From Chrysomallon squamiferum (taxonomy: Eukaryota > Animalia > Mollusca): DNA of 64,000 nucleotides. Where the stretch lies: positions 21,204,001-21,268,000 of the forward strand of contig CM022667.1 of assembly GCA_012295275.1 (NCBI GenBank), read 5' to 3'. The first letter of the stretch is position 1. The number at the start of each line of letters is the position of its first letter. Shown piece after piece: positions 41,178 to 53,247 of the stretch. Both the position numbers and the translations under genes were made by a program. The notes beneath the pieces were generated by a model. That model had not been told where the DNA came from. It searched no databases and saw nothing but the letters and a program-made list of their open reading frames with translations.

Positions 41178-44100
41178 ATTACCTGGGAATACATTATACA
41201 TATATGTCATTTCCACCAGAAATATGAATCATATAGTCTGCTAAAAGTGTACTGGAAAAAAATACTTTTTAAAACTTGGTAATAAACATAATAATAAGTG
41301 GATTGTGCAAACTCAGTGTTGTTGATTTAAGTGTATAATTTAAGTAACTTTTTAAACTGCCTGTTTACTGGTTTTAAGTGACATGTGATCATGGAGTCAT
41401 GTTTAAAACAAAAGAAGTATTCACAACAAAGCCAGAAACTGTTGTGGTATTACTCACAAACCAGGAATCAAAGTAATAAACCAAAGTAAAAACATTCAGT
41501 AAACATACGTCTGGTAACAGAATTATATTTGTTTATTTTAGCAATTATTCCAAGTTAACATTTAAGAAAATCAGAGAAAAACCAAACAGAAAACATTGAG
41601 TGTACAGTAAACAAAGCTGAGTCAATAAAAACAAATTTGTTTTTTCTATGCATGAACCAAATTCAGATATATTTTTTATTTTGTTTATTATCTTTTCAAC
41701 ATCATTTAGCAATTTATCTTACCTTTTAGAAAGATTATTATTAACTTCCTATTTATATACATTGTTTCTTTTTTTTTTTCTTTTTTTTCATTGTCCTTAA
41801 AAATCATTAGCAAATTAAAAAATAAAAGAAAAGATAATCTGGTTTAGTTATTAGTTCAACACACAACTGTCACTTCTAATATTTTAATATTTATCACTCT
41901 TACTAAGACCAGTCGATTTTACAAACAATATTTACCCATTACCAACAATATCACTCACTGACAGTTCCAGAATTACAGAATTTATCTTACCCTAAAATCA
42001 CCATTGTCAGATATTTGATAACATTTACCTAGTATTAATGACAGTGTGATAGACCGTACCAGAATGTATTAGTACTGACCACCGCAGAAATGTCAGAAAA
42101 AATGTGTAGGGTTTTTATCACAATTTTAGTTTTAGATCTAACCACTCCACTGTCAGTTGAACATATCATACAATATCTACCTCAGTCCTAACAATAATAC
42201 TGTTACATATCACAGTAGCTATCCCCAAACCAACAACACCACACTGAGATCCCAGTCTGAAAATGTGACAACAGAACAGTGTAAAATTCTAAACTAGAGG
42301 CACAACAGTCAGGTCAGTGATAAGAGACTATACCTTTTCTCCATCTTCTTAGAACTTGAAATAAACACAAAGAAAATAATCAACAACAGAAACAGGAAAA
42401 GAATACCACAATTTTGATATAAATATATAAGAAAATCAAATAAACTTCTTATTTTCACACAAAAAGCAATTACTCAAGACTGCTATTTAAAACAACTATA
42501 TATTCCATGTGTTCACACTTTTTAGTCACAATCTTCACTTCTGTGCTGTTTTTTTTAATTCATTAAAATTTATCTGCTGTCTTTCAAACTGATGTATGAA
42601 GAGTGAAAAAAAAGGACAAAAAAGAATATTACTATTTAAAACTTTATTTGTGTTTGGATATAATGGCAGAATGAAACCATCAAACTAATTTATGCAGTTT
42701 AATAAAGTTTAATAAATCTGTGCAGTTTGCAGGAAAACCACAGAGTTTGTGGCAAAACACTGACAGATCATCAGACAGATGCTACTTTCAAAAACAGAAA
42801 CTCTATTTACCTAATCTTTGTTTTCTTGCTGATATTCTCTGTAGACAAGTCTTCTTCAGGGTCAGATTCTGGTTCTTCAAACCTGCTCATTAGCTTAAAA
42901 ACATAATTCAAAAATATAAACAATAATCAAGCCAAAAAATTAATTAATTAAAATAAAAAGGATAAATCCAACCACATAGTGTTAATCACCAATAAAATAA
43001 ATAGTTCTGATAAGTGAAATTTTGAAAAACACTTTTTCTTTCTTTTTATTATACTTATATCCCAATAAAAACAATTAAAAAGATTTCTTATTGAAAAAGT
43101 TACCAGTGGAACGGTGGCATAAAATTTCCTTTGTCACAGCAACCTTAAGAAATGGTTTGAACCCTATTGTTTTACTAAATATATACATTTATATGTTTTT
43201 ATTTATATATGTTTAACTGCTAAAATGCTAATCTCAGTTTAAAGATATTGTGAAGATATTGTTCTTACAACTGGCAGTCTCTGATACATGATTTCATTGG
43301 CTGATGGTCGGTCCTCAGGTTCTTTTTGCAACATGTCCATAATGAGTTCCCTAAATTCAGAACTATAGCTACCCTTCACTGGAGCAAACTGACCCTTTAA
43401 ATCATCAAGAAAAAATTATATTTAAAACATTTTTTAATATTTCTTAATTTTAAAAAAAACATATTACAAAATAAAAATGTACCCCACAATATAATGTTGA
43501 ACAAATAACTTTAATCAATATTCTCAACTTACTTACATAAAATTATTCAAAACCCAGCCACTTTGTAAATAAAGATGAGTTAAAATTAATAAATGTCTGA
43601 TCAGTTAACTTTACAATGACTATAAACACTAACTTTTTGAGTGTTAGATCTCCTGTATGTGATAAAGAAATAAAATAATTATTCTTCACTTTCATGTTTA
43701 AAGCAAATTTTCTGAGACAAAATAAGTCTTCACAGCCTTTAAGTCACTAAAGTATCACAGTTCACCAAACACAACAAACAACAGACAAACCTTCATTATT
43801 TTGTTGACCAGTGCAGGGAGATTTGAACCTTCAAATGTCTTTTGAAGACAAGCCATTTCATAAAGAATGCAGCCCAGTGCCCAGATATCTGATTTGAAAC
43901 TGTACTGTTTTCCTTCACACTGATAAATAAAACAGTTTATATAGTTCCCAACTGTTTTACTGTTTACAGCTGTTTTTTGATGGCAAAGTCAAATGATCAC
44001 TGTTTTGACTAATCTTGTGAGACATTCATACATTTGTAGAAATTGTTCATGACCAGAGAGTTATCAATAGTGAAACAAACTTGTTATAAGAGTCATTTGA

Positions 44101-47100
44101 ATTTTCTTTTCTTTTCTGACTTATTTCTTTATCTTTTTTTTTTTTTTTTTTGAGTTGCTATAAGTTATTTACTGCACAGTTTTAGTAGCAGCTCTTGAAA
44201 TATCATAATTACATGTATTTTATGACTAGTTTATTTCCAATTATAATAATTAATATTGAGCTATATTTACCATTTCTGGACTGATGTAGTATGGAGTGCC
44301 AAGAACTGTCTGTGCTCCTTTGTTAGCAGATCCCATCACCTTGGAGATTCCAAAATCACCAACCTTCACCACACCCTCCTTTGTAAGGAAAATGTTATCA
44401 GTCTTAAGATCTCTGTAATATGAAAGCAATTTAATGAATAAATTTATTTATTTGTTTTTTTTTAATTTTTTATTAATTATTAATTATTAATGATTATCAC
44501 ATTACAAATATATAATAACAAAATAACATAAAATCTATACTAGCTGTTTATAATTGACTAGAAGGAAAAATGACCAGTAGGTCAGTTAAAGAGTTTTGAT
44601 CCTACAACTGCCATATCAAAGCCATAACAAAATTAGTAATAATTCCTATTAACTACAGTTTACAGGAATATATTCATATTTACAACAACAAAAAAAAAAA
44701 AATAATAATAATTTTAAAAAAATGTATAATAACAATAAGAAAAAAGCATTTACACATTTTGTTCTATCATAAAACAAAGATAAAAACCACACCATGCAGG
44801 ATGCTAAAATGATAACAATATCAAACTATAAAATAATAGCCAAGTACAGTTCTTTTAACAATTATCTGTTGTTATAAAATTTCTGTGAGTAAAACCCACA
44901 AACTATCTCAATTCACTTTCTCTCATATTACCTGTGTAGGATGTTGTGTTCATGTATGTGTCGTATAGCAGCAACTATCTGCTGAAACATTGTCAGAATG
45001 TCTTTCTCCTCCAACGACTTGTCCTGCTGACACAGAAACTGAGCCAGTGTCCTAAACAAGAACACATTCATCATAATTTACTCTTTTTACAAAAGCATCA
45101 TCAGTATTTCAATTATTATTAAACTGGTTTCATCAAATATAAATTAGTGTCCATTTTGTTAAAAACATCTTTCTAGTTTTAGTAATAAACATAAAGTAAG
45201 TTTTAACTCTGTAACCTTAACAGTGACTCTCTGGAACCAAAAAAAAAAAAAATTTAATTTTAAAAAAAAAGTTTAAAAAGAACAAAATAAATATATATAT
45301 ATATATGTGTATATTAATAAATCTAACCAGTGTTAGTTGTTATACATATATCTAACATATTTGGAAATTCATTTTATACTTGCCCTCCATCTGCATACTC
45401 TATTTCAATCATCAACACACCATCTTCCTCAAAACTGTCATAGTAACTGATAATGTTCGGATGATCAAGCAGAGCAAGGACAGAAACCTGGCAAGTTAAA
45501 GCTTTTACATCTAACATATTTGGAAATTATTTTCTTTTTAATATCACAAATTTACTAACATGTCTTTCTATGTGATATATTCTAAAGTTACAGAACACAC
45601 TCATTACACTGACAATATCTGAACAAACAAGACATTAGATGATGGCTAGAAAATGTTACATGTGTATTAATTCATTTCATTATTTACATCAGATATTACC
45701 ATCAAAAGACTTCAGAATAGGATATTTAATCCAAAAAGTCCATAACATCATATTTATTCAAAATGATTACACTAGTGTAAGTATATTTTTAAAAACAATA
45801 TTCAGTAAGATTAATTTTTTAATTTAATACAAAAATGTCTTCACCTCATTCAGTGCAAGCTGTCTTTCTGAAGCATTTAGATCATGCATGTTAATTTCCT
45901 TAAGAATAACCAGTGAATCATCATCTTTCTTCTTGTACAAAACTGCAGCTCCATAGGCACCTAAAACCACATTCAATTGATTTATGTAGATAATTAAAAA
46001 AAATTAAACAAACAAAAATTAAACAATTTCTTTTTTTAAATTTAAATTATAAAATTTTTAAGATAGCACTGAAAAAAAGTGTTTTTTTTTTTTTTTTATC
46101 AATCTAGAACATTTTCTTATTACATATCCAGAATAACCAAACTATCTTCATCATTATCAACTTTTACATAGTTGTCATAAGTTGTTCAAGTTTAATACCA
46201 GATCTAATTCAGTTTCAAACAAGTTATATATGATCAATATTTTTGTTAATGATAATATTAACTTTTTTTTTCTTTTTTTTAATTATTAATTTTCAGGATT
46301 CTCGAAGTATAAAATCTTTAACTGTGAACCTGTGACAGAATTAGATATCTCCAAATGATGAAATTTCTCTGATTTAGAATTTGTTATTGAAGAATGAAAT
46401 AACCATTCATTTAGAATTAAATAAATTATTACCTTTGCCTACAGTTCTGATTTTCTCAAATCCTGCCAGTGACTGCTGATGTCTTCCACTCCAACCTCGT
46501 AACTTTTCCAATTTAAAATACAACTCTCCAACTGAGCTATATCATTAAAGAAGATATTTTATAACAATATTTGAATTACATCTCTTAATAACCAATAAAA
46601 AAGCCTTTTATATTTAATGGTTTTCTTTGGGAGGGGTTAGTTATTTGAAAGTGTTTCATTTACATTAACTCTGAAATAGTTATATGTTACATATTTGTAC
46701 AGTTTTAGGATTATATACACTCTACAGTTTCAGTTAGTGAAGACAAGTTAATTTTATATGGAAAAATGGTAAAACTGTAGTGAACACTTTCTGTTACATT
46801 TTCTTACATTTTCTAAGCAACAGCTTTCTATGCATCAATTAATTAAATAATTACTAAAAATATAATTAATTTGAATTATGGTTACCTTGTTTTTCCACTG
46901 TCATCTGGTTTTGCCAATGAAGAAGAATCAACTCCATAAAAATCTTTATATATTCCTACAGGAATCTATGAATAATTTCAATAATAATAATTAATTAAAA
47001 CATTTATGTATCACGAATGACATTAAAATCTTCAATAAAATTATGTCTAAAAATAAAGATACTTCATTATATTAAATAATACACACACATACAAATATAT

Positions 47101-48437
47101 ATTTTTTATAATTTTTCAAAACTACATCAAATTATGATAATAAAAACAAAAGTATAATATAAATAAATTACAGGGATTATAAATTGTTAAAATTATGTAC
47201 ATTTTTTTTTATAAAATGATGAAAAAAAAATCATATTATGTCTGTATGTCATCCTTTATACATCAGTTACTGTTGGGGTTACAATCATATCAAAAAAATA
47301 CAAGACTTAAAAAAAGTCTAGTGAACAAAGCAATACCCTGAGTAGCTGTTCCAGCTCTTCTGCCATCTGTTTCACTTCATTCATTTGATATGATGTGCAA
47401 GCCAGGAAATCCAGACAGCAGTTACTTCCCTCCAAGAATTCTTCACAGAGAGAAGTAAAAAAGGTTTTAATTCCTTCATCTTCAAGAACAGTAGCTTTTG
47501 TTAAAATCTAAATATAAAATGACATGTATTTTAATTAATAATTAAAACATGAAAATATTTACATAAAGGCACAATTGCAAATAGAAGAAACAAAACTAAA
47601 AAATTAAAATTGGATTATTTTTTACCTTATCATCTCTGGAACAAAGCTGAATACTGGATCCCGTGCTGCTGAGAATGAAAGCAACACTTGAAACATGCTG
47701 TTTATTTAATGCCTGCTGAATAAAACCTGAAAACAAGATGACAAAATAAAATATTTGATTGTAACAGATTACCACAAACATCTTAAATTATCTACATAAA
47801 TTAAGAATTTACATGTCTGAGTTATTTTTAACAAGGCAAATAAAATTATTTTTTATTTCTTATTAACGATATTCAAATTCTTAAAATATGAGTGATTGTA
47901 TGAGTTTGTGTATGAGTTTGTGTGTGTGTTCATTTGTTTTGTATGCATGCATATGTAATTTTTTGTGCAGGTGACATACCCAAACATACCATAAATGTCA
48001 TCTAAACTGTGACTGTCATAGCTGTATGAAACACACAAAATATTTCCACGAAGAGCATGTCTCAAAGCAGAACTGTTTCTAATTTTACTTGAGATCACCA
48101 GTAATCTCTGCTGCACATCAGATCTGGAAACATCCTTACATCCTAACACTTCATTTGATGTAACGACATTGTCACAGAGAGTAATTTCACTACAACATGG
48201 GTTTATCTGATCAGGAAGCGAGCTGGGCACTGACAGATATTTACCATTGTTGGAATAAGATCGACTTCTCTGATGGCGAAGTGATTTTCCCTTCAGATCA
48301 CATTTGTCAACATTATTCAGTTCACAACATTCTGAACGAATATTTTCCAGTGACTTACTAATTTGTTTTTCAACCTCAAGAGCATCATGTCGCGGATTTT
48401 TTTTTGTACTGCCATTACTGCATTTGTTGCTACACAT
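29957..48437 (-). CDS. NEK8/NEK9-family NIMA-related Ser/Thr kinase with N-terminal DUF4347-like domain, RCC1 repeats, coiled coil and CaaX; ~1444 aa, 31 coding exons
   Basis: Minus-strand exons: 48437-47990, 47726-47626, 47507-47337, 46965-46886, 46536-46433, 45960-45845, 45487-45384, 45051-44932, 44412-44271, 43919-43791, 43394-43269, 42893-42811, 40690-40609, 40039-39885, 39506-39366, 39043-38921, 38554-38368, 38082-37864, 37283-36995, 36692-36546, 35660-35516, 35073-34948, 34780-34663, 34230-34071, 33912-33857, 33352-33240, 32957-32829, 32217-32136, 31592-31473, 30583-30479, 30070-29957 (TAG); total 4335 nt, in frame. Kinase: [80 protein letters not shown]1: [45 protein letters not shown]8 vs NEK9 orthology cannot be decided by eye. 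Confidence 0.93.
36995..40690 (-). other. RCC1-repeat beta-propeller of the NEK kinase
   Basis: Repeats of V/I-A-x-G-x-x-H...W/F-G-x-G-x-x-G-Q/R-L-G in exons 40039-36995. Confidence 0.92.
39780..39866. repeat. Short tandem repeat, ~24-28-bp unit ATAGAGACATACATATAT...ATTT
   Basis: About 3.5 copies in a NEK intron. Confidence 0.8.
43269..46470 (-). other. Protein kinase domain (NEK family), catalytic motifs intact
   Basis: GxGxxG (GKGAYG), beta3 Lys (ILKEI), alphaC Glu (ALNEV), [17 protein letters not shown] and RPS in exons 46536-43269. Confidence 0.95.
45052..45383 (-). other. GC-AG intron inside the kinase domain
   Basis: Minus strand ...GCAGATGGAGG|GCAAGT; join to exon 45051 restores the conserved EYADGGTL. 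Confidence 0.85.
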
Positions 48438-49060
48438 GACCTTCTTTAAGTGCAGTTTACTATACAGCGTGATAAATGCAAATATTCTAAAACATGTTGT
48501 TGACAACTCTATATTAAGTCATAATTAATGATCATGCATACCAGACATAAAATAATAAAAAATGCAAGAATCATATGAATTTTACTGATCACAGATGTTT
48601 AACTTTTGTTTTAAAATTTTCTTCATGTTTTCATTTACATTGCTGTTAACCTGAAAGAGAATAAAAAAATAAAGTATTATTATATTTATTATAAACAATT
48701 TTAAAGGAAATTACTAAATAATGATGGTAATTACATTATTAATTTAATGATTACGTGAATCAAGAATCATGAAATGATAACAATTACTGAATTAACATTA
48801 TCAACAGTTGAATCATAATTTCGCCAAAACTCAGAACCCGTAACTATTTTTATTATTCTTTTTCTTATTTTTAAAGATATGTCATTATGTATCAGCACAC
48901 CTATAAGACTAAGACACATATATTCTTCTTTTATATATATATACATGCTCAGATCTGATAGTTAATTTATTTTGTTTACACTAGGTTACACACCATCCAT
49001 CATTACAGTTTCTACCTTTGTGGTTTCCGCCTTTTTTTGTCCGATGATCCTTCTTATTTC
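48438..49060 (-). promoter_or_regulatory. Probable 5'UTR and first exon/promoter of the NEK gene
   Basis: Acceptor TCTCTTTCAG before 48650; in-frame TGA at 48521-48519 upstream of ATG 48437; candidate donor AAAG|GTAGAA at 49016 in a short CpG-containing patch (TTTCCGCC). Confidence 0.4.
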
Positions 49061-51344
49061 GGGATGCATAATTATTGAATTTGTCTATTGATTTATTTTC
49101 ATTAATTAAAAAGTAGAGTCGTCTCAAATGTAACTGATATTAATGAATTATAACAATATACTAGAAATAATGACTGGTCTTTTCTATATCCTATCTTATA
49201 ATAATTAATAAAAACCAGGAATTCTCATAATCATATCTGCTCAGAATTTCAGATTTTTCAAATCGGACCAGATGTGATAAAGTTATCGACAAATACATGT
49301 TATTATTTATTTTATTGGTTAACCTTTATTATTATTATTTTTATTTTATCTAGTTTCCACAAGTATATATATATGACTAAATTGGTCCAAATAGGAAAAT
49401 CCAGAAATCCGGTCTCAAGCCTATCGGATAACTGATTTGGCAGGTGTATCATAATGGGGCCCAGCATTTATTTATTTATTTATGTATTTATTATTATTAG
49501 TAGTAGTAGTAGTAGTATTTATTTATTATTTATTTGCATGTTTGTTTGTTTGTTTGTTTTATTTTGTTCTGCTCACCTCTTATTAAGTCAGAGCTAATGG
49601 TTCGTGGTTGCTATACGAAACCGTACCGAATGCAGAGTCACGTTTTATTTACGTCACTGGTATCGTATACAAGCTGCTCAAATTTTAATGTGTATGCTTT
49701 AATTTTTATTAGATAGTATGTTTGCACAATCAACTCACAGATTACACAACTGATGAAAAACTGGTGAAGAATATTAAGTAGTTAAGTTGCCTTATAATGG
49801 TTCTATTGTTTGGCAATATTATCATATTTAATTATTAATAACAATGCCACCTCAAATTCCAAAAGGTTTTAGATCGTTCGATTAAGGAATATTAAAATTA
49901 CATGTATTTTTGTAATTTATTTTTTGCCAGTTGTAGATACATGTTTGTTCTAAAGTAATTCATAACAAAGGGAATTAATACGCATGCAAGTGTTTTGCAA
50001 CACAAAAGAGGGATGAGAATGTTATAGAATTATGTAATATTATTATTTATAAAGGTACTGAAACATATTTACTATATATATATTGGAAGTTTTAATGTTT
50101 CAAGATAATAAAACTATTGAGAAACAAGGACTTTATTTTGAATTACATAATTCTTGAACGGCTCTTCACTGTAAATAAGTGGGGATGTGTTTCGTAACGT
50201 CACACTTTCAGAAACAACAAGAATTCGCTGTCATTAACAGAAAAAACAACTTTTAATATAAACCACTAACCAAGGAGTATGGAAATAATGCTAACCACTA
50301 GATATCTTGTTTTATTTTTTATTATTAATACATTAATTATTTAATTAGGGTTCTTCATAAATTTAAAACAGGTGATTTTATCAATATCAGGAAATATTAG
50401 TAATATTAGTAACCAGTGACCAAGTCATATGTAGTGTAAAGCCTGTTTTCATAAACGTACAGTTAATGTTATTTATTTGTTTATTCATTTATTTATAATA
50501 AACATATGTAACTGTTCCTTGGATCACCTCTACATTTAATAACTCGTTAAATTTATACTAAAACATATTTATTTTTTATTCATTTCGAAAATATATAATA
50601 ATTAGGTTTCAGCAAATTCCAGAGGTAGCCTACTATCAGAAAATAATTTCTCCTACACTGAGTGTTAGGCTTGGTGTCTGGAAACCGTGCAAAATCACAA
50701 TATTTTTTCACATTTCCACCAGAATGTTTGGAATGTAATTTCATTCATGAGTAACGCCGTCATATATTTATTTATTTTCTCTGTGTTTTTTCACCCCCCA
50801 GAAGTAAAATAAGATTATAGTCAATAGCCAGTGTCTTGTACACCTGGTCAGTGATTCAGCATTTTCTCTACAATCCCGTTCAAATTTCATGGACTCATTA
50901 TGGACATGTTGCAAAAAGAACCTTACATTTTCCAACAGGTAAGTATTGGTAAACGTATATGCTTTCATTTCATAAAGAAACCCATTCAAATTGATTTATT
51001 AATGAGAGCTGACATATTAATAAGATAAAATAAAAAATATATTCGTCAGTGGTCGGTGTTTACACTCTTCCTATTTTATCGTGTAATTTTGCAGTCAGTG
51101 AAAAAAGGAGAGGAAAAAGAAAACGAAGAACATTAATAAAATGTTTTGTTTTCACACGGTTATTTACTGAAATCCTGGCTACACGGTCTTGCTTTAAACT
51201 GAAATGGTTGTTTAGTTAGTTTGTTACTATTAAAAGTATTATTAAATTAGGTCAACAGTTTAACGAAGGTGTTAGTAACTTCAGCGTTGTTGCATACAGC
51301 AGGCGAGTTTTATTTTCTTATTAAAACTGATATCTGTGTTTATT

Positions 51345-51385
<41 letters not shown>

Positions 51386-51453
51386 TATTTTTTTTTTTTT
51401 ACAGGGTCATTCATGCACGTACATTTTTTCAAACTGATACAATATAATGCATT

Positions 51454-53204
51454 ATGTGGGTAAATTTCTACATGTCATGGATGACGCTGTGCCTAATGCT
51501 ACCAGCGAGCTGTTTGAAGATTGGATCTTTCAATATACAAATATTTGGAAAAGCAAAAGCAGACAGGGAAAAAGTCATGACGATTTTATCGAAGGTACGT
51601 CAACAGATTTATCAATCCTACTAACTTATTAATAAAAAGTAACACCTCTGTTCAAATGCAGAAGTGCATGACACGGTACATGACCTATGACCTGTTGACT
51701 TGGACTTCACCTACTCACTTCATAAAATATTAAAGTTATAATACTATTGTTAAATTAAAAAATGACAACTGTGTTTCAGTGATTAAAACATTTCTATGAA
51801 CCTTCCATTTCTAATTTAAGAAAAAACATTAGTTCATACAGCTATTTTAAATAATAATGTTGCCTTTGATTATTTACATTTCTTTTTAATCCCCTTCTTT
51901 TGGTTTCTAAGCATGTTTTTTTTCTTCTGGTTATTGATGTATTACAGCTTGCACATTTTTAACATTACCTTTTTCAGATACTTCAACGCTATGACATTGT
52001 TCTTATAATGGAAATAAGAGATATTAAAGGAACTGCAATACAAAAGCTCTTGAATTTGATAAACAGGTACATTTCCTTATTCTGTTATTCTTTCCATGTA
52101 GTTGAACATAAGTTATACAAACAAATAATATAGTTAGGGAAATAAGAAGATGGTTCTCATTACTATATTTGGTTAATTTTGCATCTTTTCATTATCTAAC
52201 TGGATGGTTCTGACCTTGATAATCTATTTTATGGACTTTTCTGCTGTGTTAATATATATATTATGTGTGTGTGTGTAAATAATACATGTACGTGAGTACA
52301 TACAGTTTACTGGGTGTTCCATTCACTAACAAATATAACGTGTCTTTTTTTCATTCATATACTAAATCCACAAAGTTTTACCAAATCTTTAAAAAACAGT
52401 TTTATTATTTTCTTATAATTATTCATTATTACTGGAAGATGATGTAACAGGTGCTAAACATCCTTCCAAGCAAGTATTAAATTATTATCTGAATCTGCTC
52501 GTGGAACTGAGAAAGGCAGTAAAAGTAGCAGAAAATATAGGCATGAATTCCCTTCTGGTTTAAAAATGTGATTGGTATTAGAATACTGCCAGTCACAGAT
52601 CAGAATCACAATACAGACAGTGCTTAGCTTATGAAGACTTTATAGTAGATAGAGGATTTTTCACTGCTCATAGAAAAGCAGGTCAATATGAAGCTATGAT
52701 GTCTACTGGTAAGATGCTTGTCCTAATTCTGCTCAGAAAGATTAAGATACGCATCTGTAAGAGAATTTATAACAAATAATATCAATAATTAGAGAAACCA
52801 ACAATAGTTCTACTAAATCACTATCTGAATAAATATTTGTTTGCGCTCTATATTTGTAGTGGCATCTCTGATAGATGCACATCAATATGTAATATTATTT
52901 ACCTGTATCTTTATAGAAACAAATAATAAACAAAAATTTCTATGAACTGTTTCAAATTATTTATTTATCCATTCATTACTATAATATCAAAATTTTGGAA
53001 AATAATTATAATATGGATTGTACATGTCATATTTCTTCTCTGTCCTTTGATTAGCAGAAACAGAAGACACCCATTTTCCATCATCATTAGTGATCGTTTG
53101 GGAAGGACATTTAGTAAAGAGCAGTATGCCTTCTTGTACAGGTAGGACAAAGCACAAACATACTCACAACCACATTCAGCTATCCATGTATACATCACAC
53201 AAAA

Positions 53205-53247
<43 letters not shown>

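Noticed and set aside
48438-48506. TTG start of the 217-aa track ORF
   Set aside because: Eukaryotic gene; first in-frame ATG is 48437, and the ORF's end runs past the donor at 47990 into intron.
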